64,000 nt of DNA from Mustelus asterias (lineage: Eukaryota): assembly GCF_964213995.1 (NCBI RefSeq), contig NW_027590468.1:248001-312000 (forward strand), in the 5' to 3' direction. Shown here in pieces: positions 24,443 to 35,792 of the stretch (its first letter is position 1; each line of letters begins with the position of its first letter). The notes beneath the pieces are model-generated. The model was given only the letters and a program-made list of their open reading frames with translations. It was not told the origin of the DNA and did no database searches. Position numbers and translations under genes: made by a program.

Positions 24443-24767
24443 TGGGCGTCACGGTGCCACAGTGGTTAGCACAGCTGCCTCACAGCGCCCCCGGTTCGAT
24501 TCCAGCCTCGGGTCACTGTCTGTCTGGAGTTTGGATGTTCTCCCCGTGTCTGCGTGGGTTTCCTCCGGGTGCTCCGGTTTCCTCCCTCAGTCCAAAGATG
24601 TGCGGGTTAGGTTGACTGGCCATGTTGAATTGCCCCCTCGTGTCAGGGGGATTCGCGGGGTAAAGATGTGAGGTTACGGGGAGAGGGTCTGGGTGGGGCT
24701 GTGGTCGGTGCGGGTTCAATGGGCCGAATGGTCTCCTTCTGCACTGTAGGCATTCTATGATTCTATG
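24443..24767 (+). mobile_element. HE1-like V-SINE
   Basis: Duplicate of 16259-16582. Confidence 0.88.
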
Positions 24768-24788
24768 AGGTTACAATGACGCGGATGC

Positions 24789-24975
24789 TCTGACGTCAGA
24801 ATGCCGGATGTTCTGACGTCAGAATGCCGGATGTTCTGACGTCAGAATGCCGGATGTTCTGACGTCAGAATGCCGGATGTTCTGACGTCAGAATGCCGGA
24901 TGCTCTGACGTCAGAATGCCGGATGTTCTGACGTCACAATGCCGGATGTTCTGACGTCACAATACCGGATGCTCT
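24789..24975 (+). repeat. 23-bp CRE minisatellite, 8 units, in V promoter
   Basis: (tctgacgtcagaatgccggatgt)x8, each unit with TGACGTCA; ends ~210 nt before ATG 25188. Confidence 0.92.
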
Positions 24976-25187
24976 GCCGCATGCGCACTCTCCTCCCCCG
25001 CACTATCAATGCTGAAGCTCCCTCACTGATTCACTTTGTGATCACAAGTCCCAGCGACCCGGCTCTCACCGCCACTCTGTGACTGGTTTGGGGCTCGGTT
25101 TGATATCCAATCGCATTGCTTTCCCAGGAGCTTCTCTCAGCCTGGGATCTGCTGACAGCTGTTTCACACAAGCCGATAGGATCCAAC

Positions 25188-25690
25188 ATGTTTCTGAGCT
25201 TCACTTTGGTGATTATTTTCCTGGATTTCTTACTGTTCCCTCAGTGTAAGTGTGGTCACTATTTCTGACAGCAATATTTCACACCTCAGCAATGTTATGT
25301 TCTGTTAAATTGTACTCAGCTTTATTGTATTATCTGGAATTGTGAATACAATGGTACTTTATTGTGCTACATTATAGTACGATATGTTCTTACTGCAAAT
25401 GTACATATTCTTCCCAGATGCCGCTGGCAGTGAAGAGCTATCACAGTCTCCGGAGTCAATGGTTGTTACCGAGGGAGCCACTGCATCGTTGAACTGTTCA
25501 GCTACAGTAACTGGAAAGATCCTTCAATGGTACAGACAAAATCTAGACAGAACCGTGCAGCACCTGGTGAGCGGTACCAGCGATCAGGGCAGGATCACGG
25601 CTCGGTACAGTTTCTCAGAGAACCACAGCGTTCTGAATGTTAGTGAAGCTCCGCTGACAGACACCGCCACCTATTTCTGTGCGATGGAGG
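25188..25690 (+). CDS. TRAV: TCR alpha V segment, intact, short-CDR2 family (leader 25188-25245, exon 25418-25690)
   Basis: Six nucleotide differences from the V exon at 17118. RSS cacagtc(25691-25697)-23-acaaaaacc(25721-25729). Confidence 0.93.
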
Positions 25691-25999
25691 CACAGTCTAG
25701 CAAAGACCGTACAGGGCCGTACAAAAACCTGCCGCGATCACCCGGAACGTGTACAGCCTGTGTAGAGAGCTGGGACTTTAATCACTCTCTCCCTTGGATA
25801 CGCACCACAGTCACCCGATCAGCGAGACCTGTCCCTGATTTGGGTTTACTGTTTAATATCAAAAGAGAAGGGACAAAATACATTTAAGTTCGATTATTTT
25901 CTGTGGAAATGTCATCCGGGGAGTACGTGTTCCACGGTGCTTCCAGATTGAAATCATCGTGCTATTCGGTGAGTCAATATTCGAAGGATCCTTGTCTAT

Positions 26000-26075
26000 T
26001 TTCCCTCTGGCGGTGTGAGTGAGGATTCCCGCTGAGTAACAGAATCTCCATCGCTCTGATCTGGAACACACGGTT
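26000..26075 (-). pseudogene. Truncated V-exon start (family of V at 5792) at a rearrangement breakpoint
   Basis: gtgtgttccag|atcagagcgatggagattctgttactcagcgggaatcctcactcacaccgccagaggg, then an abrupt join to the inverted 3' flank of V at 25188. Confidence 0.8.
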
Positions 26076-26404
26076 AAAAAACTGCAAATAATCAACTGAA
26101 CTGAAATGTGACAATTAGTGGTTAGTATCACATACAAAAAGTTGGAGTACAGACCTTAGAAAAATAAACTTTCTACAAAATTGATCTGTCTGTTTTACAT
26201 CCTCGAGAGCGTAATTCGCCTGACTTCGTCTCAATCTCTCAGAATTTCCATCCATTTCTTTCTGCATCATCTCTTTGTTTAGCTTCCCTTGTGGGAGTGA
26301 TGTACAGATTATAAACACACTTTGTGTATGGAGGCCTGTCCACGATGCCCTTTTGCATCTCTTTGAACCATTGCATGATACAGGACAAAGCAGTCCGCTT
26401 GATT

Positions 26405-26745
26405 GTTCACCATTCCGTAAACATCCATTCCTGCCACCACCGACGAACAGTGGCAGCCGTGTGCAACACCTACTGAAGCACTGCAGCAACTCACTAAACT
26501 TTTTTTAGGCAGCACAATCCAAAAACACGACCACTGCCATTTAGGAGGACAAGGGCAGCGGGCACATGGGAACATCACCACCTAGAGATTCCCTTCCAAG
26601 TTATTCCACATCCTTTCTTGGAAATATATCGCTGTTCCTTCACCGTCACTGGGTCAAACCCTGGAACTCCCTCACTAACAGCACAGTGGGTGTACCTGCA
26701 CCTCAGGGACCGCAGAGCTTCAGGAAGGCAGCTCACCACCACACA
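26405..26745 (+). mobile_element. LINE 3' fragment (CR1/L2-group), inverted copy of part of 32010-32585
   Basis: Reverse-complement similarity to the element encoding ..SCHHRRTV.. Confidence 0.7.
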
Positions 26746-27204
26746 ATACACTCGACTATCTTCGTGCTGTTGGGTGAGTTTCTGTGTCCCAGAGTTGTAA
26801 TAATAGTCGTGTTGCTGGGTGAGTCTCTGTGGCGGCTATTCGACATCTCATTTGTTAAATACGACAGTAGATTTTTGTCTGTTCTGCATTTTGTTACAGA
26901 TGTCCTTGGGCTTATTGGAGCTAACAATTCAGAAAGAACAGCCTGCAAATTTTCTGCCATATTAACTCCACTTCTAAGTGCATCCTTGAGCTGGTAGCGA
27001 GATACTCATTGTTTCTGTTTACTACATAAATCGCGGCATTGGGATTAGCATCGAGTTTTCCCAAACCGCTCCACTGCCGATCTCAATCAGGACAAAATAC
27101 CCGGTAAATACACCGGACCGCATTCGCGCAGAAGGAAACTTAGTGGAGCTGTAAATACTCGCTGAGGTTTTTGTACGGGGGTTTAGCTGGAATCTAACGC
27201 TGTG

Positions 27205-27693
27205 CCTCACTGCACAGTAATAGACCGCCCTGTCCTCCACACTGAGGGCGCTGATATTGAGGTAACCGTTCTGCTTCGACCTGTCAGCAGCCGCCAGGTA
27301 TCGTCCTGAAACTTCATCATCCTTCGTTGCTAATATTTTAGAAATAATCCATGTCGGTGGTTGTGCCGGTTTCTGCTGATACCATTGCATGCTGTACATA
27401 TCCTTGTCTGTATAGTTACAATCCAACTGCACCGAATCCCCGTCTGATGCGGTTTTTGTCACCGGTGACTGAGTTACTGGATCTGCGCACAGTCCACCTG
27501 TGAAGATAGAGGAATTAAATGTCAAGAGTTAATGTAAATGTGCTTGTATCTGCGATAGTTTGAGGAACCTATTCTACGCATTACATGGATATTTCAGATG
27601 GTTAATTAAGTTGCCATCAGTATGTTTATCTGGTTTGATGAACGTTTTCCAGTACTTACTGTGCAAGAGCGCCGCCAGTATGAGCAGAAACAT
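27205..27693 (-). CDS. TRAV: TCR alpha/delta V segment, intact (leader 27693-27660, exon 27497-27205)
   Basis: MFLLILAALLH|gtaagt, then GLCADPVTQSPVTKTASDGDSVQLDCNYTDKDMYSMQWYQQKP...EDRAVYYCAVR. RSS cacagcg(27204-27198)-23-acaaaaacc(27174-27166). Confidence 0.93.
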
Positions 27694-27784
27694 GTCTGAG
27701 TGAATCCCCCTCAGTGACTGGGAATGGAATGAGTCAGAGACTGAGAAGGAGAGAACCCGGGCTTGGTTCAGCTGATTGCAGTGA

Positions 27785-27815
<31 letters not shown>

Positions 27816-27996
27816 GGCGGTGGGGGTTGGGGGGGTGGGGGGTGGGAGCGGGGGTGGAGGAGTCCATCGTGACCTCACGAGCCTACCATCCACACAGGTT
27901 TAAGTTGTGACGCTGGGGTTTGAATTTGGCGCCGTCTTGTCGGCAAATGCTTTTTAATTACACGCTCAGATTTTGATGTTGAGTGGATTCAGGGTG

Positions 27997-28350
27997 TATA
28001 GAACATAGAACAGTGCAGCACAGTACAGGCCCTTCGGCCCACGATGTTGTGCCGAGCTTTATCTGAAACCAAGATCAAGCTATCCCACTCCCTATCATCC
28101 TGGTGTGCTCCATGTGCCTATCCAATAACCGCTTAAATGTTCCTCAAGTGTCTGACTCCACTATCACTGCAGGCAGTCCATTCCACACCCCAACCACTCT
28201 CTGAATAAAGAACCTCCTCGGACATCCTTCCTGTATCTCCCACCATGAACCCTATAGTTATGCCCCCTTGTAATAGCTCCATCCACCCGAGGAAATAGTC
28301 TTTGAACGTTCACTCTATCTATCCCCTTCATCATTTTATAAACCTCTATT
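27997..28350 (-). mobile_element. CR1 LINE 3' end
   Basis: IEVYKMMKGIDRV..RLFPRV..TRGHNY and a (ttctatg)n tail on -. Confidence 0.88.
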
Positions 28351-29364
28351 ACTAATCCCTCAAACCTTGAACCAGTTATGCAATTTACTTCGTCACTGTC
28401 AATGTCAGCGATAAACAAGATCAATAATTTAACAGTGATGCAAATGTCGGAATTCACCCACAAACATAGCGCCAGCCATTTGTACGGATGCAGTGATATC
28501 CAAGTGAGAATTCATCAACACCAGTAATGCCAAATGGACAATTTTTGCAACCCACAACCTAAAAATAATACTCCCACGGCAGTATTTCCAATAACACCAA
28601 GAGTGCACTTTACATGTGAGAGTGTAGAGATAAATGGAAGACACTGTTGGAGGGAGGAAAAAATTCGGGAAGTAATGCCAAAAAGTGAAACATGAAACTC
28701 TAAAAGAGTGGAAGTTACATCAGTAAATCATTAGAATTCATATCGGTCAATGAGCAAATGTATCACTTATACCGTAAAAAGAATATTCCTATTATTAGCC
28801 TGCATTACATTACGAGAGGGTCATTAATGAGATAAAGCGAACTAACAGACCTTACCTGGAATCCCGATAGCTGCAAGGACGGGATAGTAAATGGCAAACA
28901 GCAGACCTTTTGGTGCTATATGCATTTCAATCAGAAAATCTACGTGCTTTCTGCATTACACTGGAGTGTGGTAAGATTTATATTTCATGTGAAGCTCCAG
29001 GGAAACAATTAGTTGCTTTGATTTTTCTAACATTAATTGTATTGATTGCAAAAAATAAAATTTGCGCAGCTGCTGCCCAGCTAATGTTTATATTTTCATG
29101 CAATATAATATATTCTGCTGAGACCTCACAAAGTTTTAAAGTGTAATACCTTCGTTTGCCCGCATTATACCAAATAAATGTATTTATGAAACTGTAACCC
29201 GCAGCAGTAAACACACAAACATGGTGAGGCAGCTCCATCTAGTGGCTATCTAAGGCTAATTCCTGGAAATTCACCGAATTCTCAAGTTCCTGAAAGATGT
29301 TGTTACATGATTTTGCCGCATTATTCTTGCACATATTGTTATTATTGCTATTATTGTTATTATT

Positions 29365-29540
29365 AGGTTGATTGGCTATGCTAAAAATTGCCCTTAGTGT
29401 CCTGAGATGCGTAGGTTAGAGGGATTAGTGGGTAAATATGTAGGGATATGGGGGTAGGGCCTGGGTGGGATTGTGGTCGGTGCAGACTCGATGGGCCGAA
29501 TGGCCTCTTTCTGTACTGTAGGGTTTCTATGATTTCTATG
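29365..29540 (+). mobile_element. V-SINE 3' half
   Basis: Matches 5400-5577. Confidence 0.85.
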
Positions 29541-29926
29541 AATGCAGTGAACATGAGAGAAAATTCCACTTTTATTTTAAACCCTGCCGATTTATTGTAA
29601 TGACTCAGCCATTCTGGACCAAGAAGCTCGTTTTAGCAATATGAATCCGCCAAGATCCCAATGAAATCACGACTTTAAAATACCAACACATACAAATTAT
29701 GTAAATAGACCCCCTGTTCACACATTCGTTCGAGATTAAATGGTACTGTTTCAATTTTAGTTACTTTGGTTGGCAGCAAACGAGGAAACTAATGTCGGAA
29801 TTAATATTAAATAGTAAACGTAACAAAAGTAAAACAATGAAAAAGGCATAAGCAGCAGGAATTATAAAATCAAAGCAATAACATCCGTAATAATCGGGCA
29901 TAGTAATATTTTAGTAACATCATACC

Positions 29927-30582
29927 GCAATATTCGAGAATATTTGTGTTTACACAGATCATTCCACCAGGTGGCTCTCCAAGAATTTATGTTTAACGGA
30001 AACTACATAAAACTACAGTTCACCGCTCTCACAGGTGACAGCTGTAAATTACAGGAAATAATGTTGCGAAGTGACATTTCACTGTGAACAGTGGTATATT
30101 TAGGACAAGCACCTGTGATGAATTGTCAATGTTATGGCAGAAGAGACTTAGAGAGTGAACTTTGTAAACCATTGCATTTCATGGCGAACGGTCACAGGGT
30201 AGTCTGCAGGAAAATATCAGTGCAATGTTTCTAATTAATAGCGTTAACCTTGTCTCGTGTCGTCCGCAAACTTACTGATCACCCCAGTTACACCTTCTTC
30301 TAGATCGTTTATATAAATCACAAACAGCAGAGGTCCCAATACAGAGCCCTATATGAATAAAATAAACACGCATTATGACACTGAATACCAGCAACCTGAA
30401 ACCATTAATCGCAGACGTTATGCAAATAAGCAACAGTTCCAAACGGGAGAAGAAAGGATAAGAAGAGAGCAATATTCGAGAATATTTGTGTTTACACAGA
30501 TCATTCCACCAGGTGGCTCTCCAAGAATTTATGTTTAACCGAAACTACATAAAACTACAGTTCACCGCTCTCACAGGTGACA
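29927..30582 (+). repeat. ~115-bp direct duplication (29927-30040 / 30469-30582)
   Basis: gcaatattcgagaatatttgtgtttacacagatcattccaccaggtggctctcc...ctctcacaggtgaca occurs twice. Confidence 0.9.
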
Positions 30583-30730
30583 TCATTTTACGATGTAAGT
30601 AGGAAACGTAACAAGGACTTTCTACAGAGCACCAATTCGGATTCCTGGGCAGCATTTGTGCCTTGGTGTGTGTTGGAGTAAACCCTGAATCGACTCAGCA
30701 GCCAAATGCGAACTTGCATTAAACAACATT

Positions 30731-30749
30731 TGTCAGCAGAGGGCGCCAA
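30731..30749 (+). promoter_or_regulatory. Promoter-proximal CTCF-like motif
   Basis: TGTCAGCAGAGGGCGCCAA, ~270 nt upstream of ATG 31020. Confidence 0.6.
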
Positions 30750-31019
30750 TCTCGAGCCCGGTTTTGGAATGGGGAGGGATGTCGGGGGAGGGGGGGGCGG
30801 TGCTACAATCTCACGTGACATTATCACTGGAGCCTGTATGGATGGTAGGCTGCTGAGGTCACAATAGACTCCACTTCCCCTCCCCACACTCACACCCACA
30901 CAGACAAACTGACTCACACTCACTCACACTGCAATCAGCGGAGCAGAGCCTGGGTTCCCGCTCCCTTCCTCACTCTCTGACTCCTCCATTCTCATTCACT
31001 GGAATAAATCCACTCGGAC

Positions 31020-31507
31020 ATGTTTCTGATCATTCTGCTGGCGCTCTTGCACAGTAAGTACCGGACAACGTTCATCAAACCACGGAAACATATTTATACA
31101 CAAAGATGCCAATTTAATTAACCATCAAAAATATCCATGTGAGGTGTAGATGGGAGGTTCCACAAACTATAAATTGACATGAACTCTTGATATTTAATTC
31201 CTCTACCTTTACAGGTGGACTGTGCGCAGATCCAGTAACTCAGTCACCGGTGACAATAACAGCATCAGACGGGGATTCGGTGCAGTTGGATTGTAACTAT
31301 ACAGACAAGGGTATGAGCTACATGCAATGGTATCAGCAGAAACCGGCACAGCCACTGAGAGGGATTATTACCAAAACATTAGTAGTGAAGGAAAATAAAG
31401 TTTCAGGACGATATCTGGCGGCTACTGACAAGTCCACACAGAGCGGCTCCCTCAATATAAGCGCCCTCAGTTTGGAGGACGGGGCGGTCTATTACTGTGC
31501 AGTGAGG
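31020..31507 (+). CDS. TRAV: TCR alpha/delta V segment, intact (leader 31020-31053, exon 31215-31507); inverted paralog of V at 27205-27693
   Basis: MFLIILLALLH|gtaagt, then GLCADPVTQSP..LDCNYTDKGMSYMQWYQQKP..EDGAVYYCAVR. RSS cacagtg(31508-31514)-23-acaaaaacc(31538-31546). Confidence 0.94.
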
Positions 31508-32009
31508 CACAGTGTTGGGTTACAGCGAAAACCCTGTACAAAAACCTCAGCGAGTATTTACAACTCCATGAAGATGTTTTGATCACGAGGTCACGAAGGC
31601 GGCGATTCTATTTACCAGACAATTTGACCTTGTTCAAATCATCATAGAAGCACTTTGGTAAATCTCGAGACTAAACCCCATGCCGCGATTTATATAGTAA
31701 GCAGATACCAGGAGTATCCAGCTATCAGCTGAAGGATGCGCTCAGAAGTGGAGGCAATAGAGCAGAAAATTACCGGCTGTTCATCCAGAATTGTTAACTC
31801 AGCTGAGCCCACGGACACCGACTCCTCGGCATTCGTCCGATAACTAAACTCAGAATGGATCAAAGTCTGCTGAAGTTCATAACAAATGAGATGTAGAATA
31901 ACCTCCACACAGACTCACTTAGCAACAGGGCTATTGTTATAAATCCGGGACACAGAGACTCACCTCGCAGCACGAAGATAGTCTATTCCCGCAGCTGACA
32001 TTGGTGTAT

Positions 32010-32585
32010 TGTGTGGTGGTGAACTGCCTTCTTGTGGTACCTGAGGTGCAGGTACACACACTGTGCTGTTAGTGAGGGAGTTCCAGTGATTTGACCCAGT
32101 GACCGTGAAGGAACATCGATATATTTCCATGTAGGGATGTAGAATAACTTGGAAGGGAACCTCGAGGTTGTGGTGTTCCCATGTGCCCGCTGCCCTTCTT
32201 CTCCTAGATGGCAGTGCTCGTGTGTTTGGATTGTGCTGCCTAAAAAAAAACCTTGGTGAGTTGCTGCAGTGTATCCTGCAGATGGTGCACGCGGCTGTCA
32301 CTGTTCGTCTGTGGTGGCAGGAATGAATGTTCATGGAATGGGGAGCAATCAAGCGGGCTGATTTGTCCTGTATCGTGTCGAGCCTCTTGAGTGTGGTTGC
32401 AGCTACACTCATCCAAGCAAGTAGAGGGTATTCCATCTCACTCCTGACTTGTACCTTGTAGATGGTGGACAGGCTTTGGGGAGTCAGGAGGTGAGTTACT
32501 CGCCGCAGGATTCCTAACCTTTGATCAGCTCTGGTAGCCACTGTATTTATATTCCTGGGTCCAGTTCAGTTTTCTGTCAACTCCC
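32010..32585 (-). mobile_element. LINE ORF2 C-terminal fragment (CR1/L2-group, clade uncertain)
   Basis: ATRADQRLGILRRVTHLLTPQSLSTIYKVQVRSEMEY..W..TTLKRLDTIQDKSARLI. Confidence 0.75.
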
Positions 32586-32634
32586 AGGATGTTGATGGGG
32601 TGGTGGTTTAATGTCTATTAAGTCCCATCTTATG

Positions 32635-33186
32635 TGTACCCTGGTTAGACCCCACTTGGAGTACTGCGCGCAGTTCTGGTCACCTCATTACAGGAAAGAT
32701 GTTGAAGCCATTGAAAGGGTGCAGAGGAGATTTACAAGGATGTTGCCTGGATTGGGGGGCATGCCTTATGAGGATAGGTTGAGGGAGCTTGGTCTCTTCT
32801 CCCTGGAGAGACGAAGGATGAGAGGTGACCTGATAGAGGTTTACAAGATGTTGAGGGGTCTGGATAGGGTGGACTCTCAGAGGCTATTTCCAAGGGCTGA
32901 AATGGTTGCTACGAGAGGACACAGGTTTAAGGTGCTGGGGGGTAGGTACAGGGGGGATGTCAGGGGTAAGTTTTTCACTCAGAGGGTGGTGGGTGAGTGG
33001 AATCGGCTGACGTCGGTGGTGGTGGAGGCAAACTCGTTGGGGTCTTTTAAGAGACTTCTGGATGAGTACATGGGATTTAATGGGATTGAGGGCTATAGAT
33101 AGGCCTAGAGGTGGGGATGTGATCGGCGCAACTTGTGGGCCGAAGGGCCTGTTTGTGCTGTGGCTTTCTATGTTCTATGTTCTATA
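32635..33186 (+). mobile_element. Young CR1 LINE 3' end
   Basis: Uninterrupted TLVRPHLEYCAQFWSPHYRKD...TRGHRFKV...WNRL to stop, then a (ttctatg)n tail. Confidence 0.93.
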
Positions 33187-35172
33187 CAGATGGGTACACA
33201 TAAGATGGTTGCCTGGCACACAAACAGTCACCTGGGAAAGAGACATTAAAGTCCAATCGGTTCTCTAGTGTCGTCCCTCTATTCTGGGGTTGTGTGCCGT
33301 GTGCTAGATTCTCCTACTAATGGAAATATCTTCTCCACAGCCACTCTGTCCAGGATTTTCAGTCTGCTGTATTTTTCAATGAGATTCCCCCCTCATCTCT
33401 CTAAACTCCATCGAATGCAGATCCAAAGTCCTCAGCTGTCTGCGGTTTTATTTGATCGGCCTCACACGCTCAGATTGAATGTTATTTATTTTTTGTGACG
33501 GTTTCTCAAGAACACTAATCTCATTGTGCGTGACCTGGTGACGCTCAACTCTTTATCCTCCGCGGTAGATTTCAGAGGGTTGCGATTGTAAATAAAACAA
33601 TACACGATTTGTACAACAGTGGATTTAGATGTTGATCCCGTGAGGGGAATAAAAGCAGCAACACAGAAATCTTCAAGCTAAGGAATGAAGATAAACAAAG
33701 AACAAAGAACACAGAACAGTACAGCACAGGAAACAGGCCCTTCGGCCCTCCAAGCCTGTGCCGCTCATTGGTCCAACTAGACGAATGGAAAGACAGTGGG
33801 TGAATTCGAGGCCGAGACCGTGATAGAAGTCAAGGCACAGATTAGGAGGAACAGATGGAGTTACAGGGATATAAACACGAGGAAAGGGAATGAGAGAAAT
33901 GTGGGAGAGGCAAGGAGATAAATAGAGGGACAGACAGTAAGATAAATGAGGGAGAGACGGAGACAGGAAGGGAAATAGATGAAGGTTCGGTGAAGGAACT
34001 GTGAAGGGAACAGTTGCAGATTTATGGAGACAGTACAGACGAAAACATAAAGAGAGACAGACGAACAGAGAACAAGAGAAACAGAGAGATAGTCAGTGAG
34101 AGAAACAAAAGGGTACAATGAGAAATTCAATGGCCTAAACACACTCAGGAATTTCAGAAAGGGAAACACAATTAACATAGCATAATATAACGTAGTACGT
34201 GATAGCGACAGGGTTATTTCCGAGAGCCTCTGGACGCCTTGGGAAACCAGACCAGCAGCAATACCGCCGAGTTATGCTTCCCGTACCCGCTGCAGTAAAC
34301 ACACAAACATGGTGAGGCACCGCCATCTGGCGGCAATCTGAGGTAACTGGTCATTTCCTGCAAAATCATCGAATTCTCAAATAACAAAAGGGCTGCATGA
34401 TTATGTTGCATTATTCTTGTTCATCCTTTTACTATCCCAATGCAATTGAACGCAGTTGAGCCTATACATGAGGGATAATCCCACCGTTACTTTAATTGCT
34501 GGCGTTTCGCTTTATTCAGTTCATACTGGTTATAAAAGCTCATTCTAAACAATATGAAGCCATCAAGATTGCGATAAGATGCCTTCTCTAAAATAATAAC
34601 ACAAGATGTAAATATGACCCTGGATTCACATTCATTTCCTATATTCTTTAGTATTTACATTTAAATCTTTCCATCATAATGCTACCCCTTAAGTGCTGGT
34701 TATTAACTTTAACTACATTTGGTGCTCGAATAGAATGAGTAATTTAGTGGGCTCATTGAAATGGGAGAGTGGGAGAAATCGGATTGTCTGAACTCTAGGG
34801 AGAAGCGCAGAAAGATAAGAATGTAGAGCCAGTGCGAAGACAGAGACGGTCAGAAGCAGAGCAATGGGGGTGAGACAAACAGAGGCGGAATGACAGAGCG
34901 AGATAGACAGGCTCCAAACGAAGAGAGAGCAGGAGAATCTGAGAAAGACAGGGAGAAAGAGAAACTCAGAACTTATTAGTCGAGCTAACGCTGATTGATG
35001 CCCGACGACCATCAATCCTGAGAAAGCGGCCAATCCTGTCGCTGGGAAACGCCCCATAATTTCTGAGTAAATTACGTTTCCGCTGATATGAATTTCCGCT
35101 TGAATATCAGAACAGAAATGTCAACACATTTCAAATACTGCTTCATTTCTGCCGAACCCGAAACCAGACACC

Positions 35173-35713
35173 ATGTGCTCCTTATTTTGTTTGCTGATAA
35201 TAATGGTCTTGCTGCCCGGTGAGTCAATAAACTCTGACAAAGTGTCATCCTGACTTGAAACATTATCTCTGTTCGCCTCTCACAGATGTTGTCAGATCTA
35301 CTGAAAATTTCCAGCGTTTTCTTTTTGAGCCAATGTTTAAAGGATCTGTGTTTGTTCCATGGGTTATCTTCGCTCCGAGATATTGAATAACTTCTGTGTT
35401 TTGTTACAGGGGCAAATGCTGAAGATTCAGTGTTTCAAGATCGATCTGAATTATCGGTTCTGGAAGGACAGAACATAACACTGGACTGTAAATACTCGAC
35501 AGCTGCTCTTCAAGCTGTGTTCTGGTACATCCAGTATCCCGGGCAAGCTCCGAGATATTTGATGAAGATATATAGCACAGGCAATACTGATAAGTCCCCG
35601 GATTTCCCAGATAGGTTCTCGGCTAATTTACACAAAGGAAACAGCACTGCTCCTTTAAATATCACTGGAACTCTTCTCTCCGACAGCGCCGTGTATTTCT
35701 GTGCCATGGAGCC
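35173..35713 (+). CDS. TRAV: TCR alpha/delta V segment, intact (leader 35173-35218, exon 35410-35713)
   Basis: MCSLFCLLIIMVLLP|gtgagt, then GANAEDSVFQDRSELSVLEGQNITLDCKYSTAALQAVFWYIQYPGQAP...SDSAVYFCAME. RSS cacactg(35714-35720)-23-acaaaaacc(35744-35752). Confidence 0.94.
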
Positions 35714-35760
35714 CACACTGCTGCAGAGACAAGCGAACCCTGTACAAAAACCCCGGGCTG

Positions 35761-35792
35761 GAGTTCCAGTTAGTGATCAGCAGAGGGCGCGC
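35761..35792 (+). promoter_or_regulatory. RSS-proximal CTCF-like motif
   Basis: GAGTTCC-agttag-TGATCAGCAGAGGGCGCGC; core ~21 nt after the nonamer. Confidence 0.65.

Larger units (their letters stand above)
24147..26001 (+). repeat. Recent direct duplication of ~15988-17700 (promoter + SINE + V + flank)
   Basis: Near-identical sequence, offset 8300 over the V gene; shared SINE insertion. Confidence 0.92.

Noticed and set aside
24789-24975. Palindromic 23-bp repeats as a CRISPR array
   Set aside because: Units are contiguous with no unique spacers, the context is vertebrate and there are no cas genes
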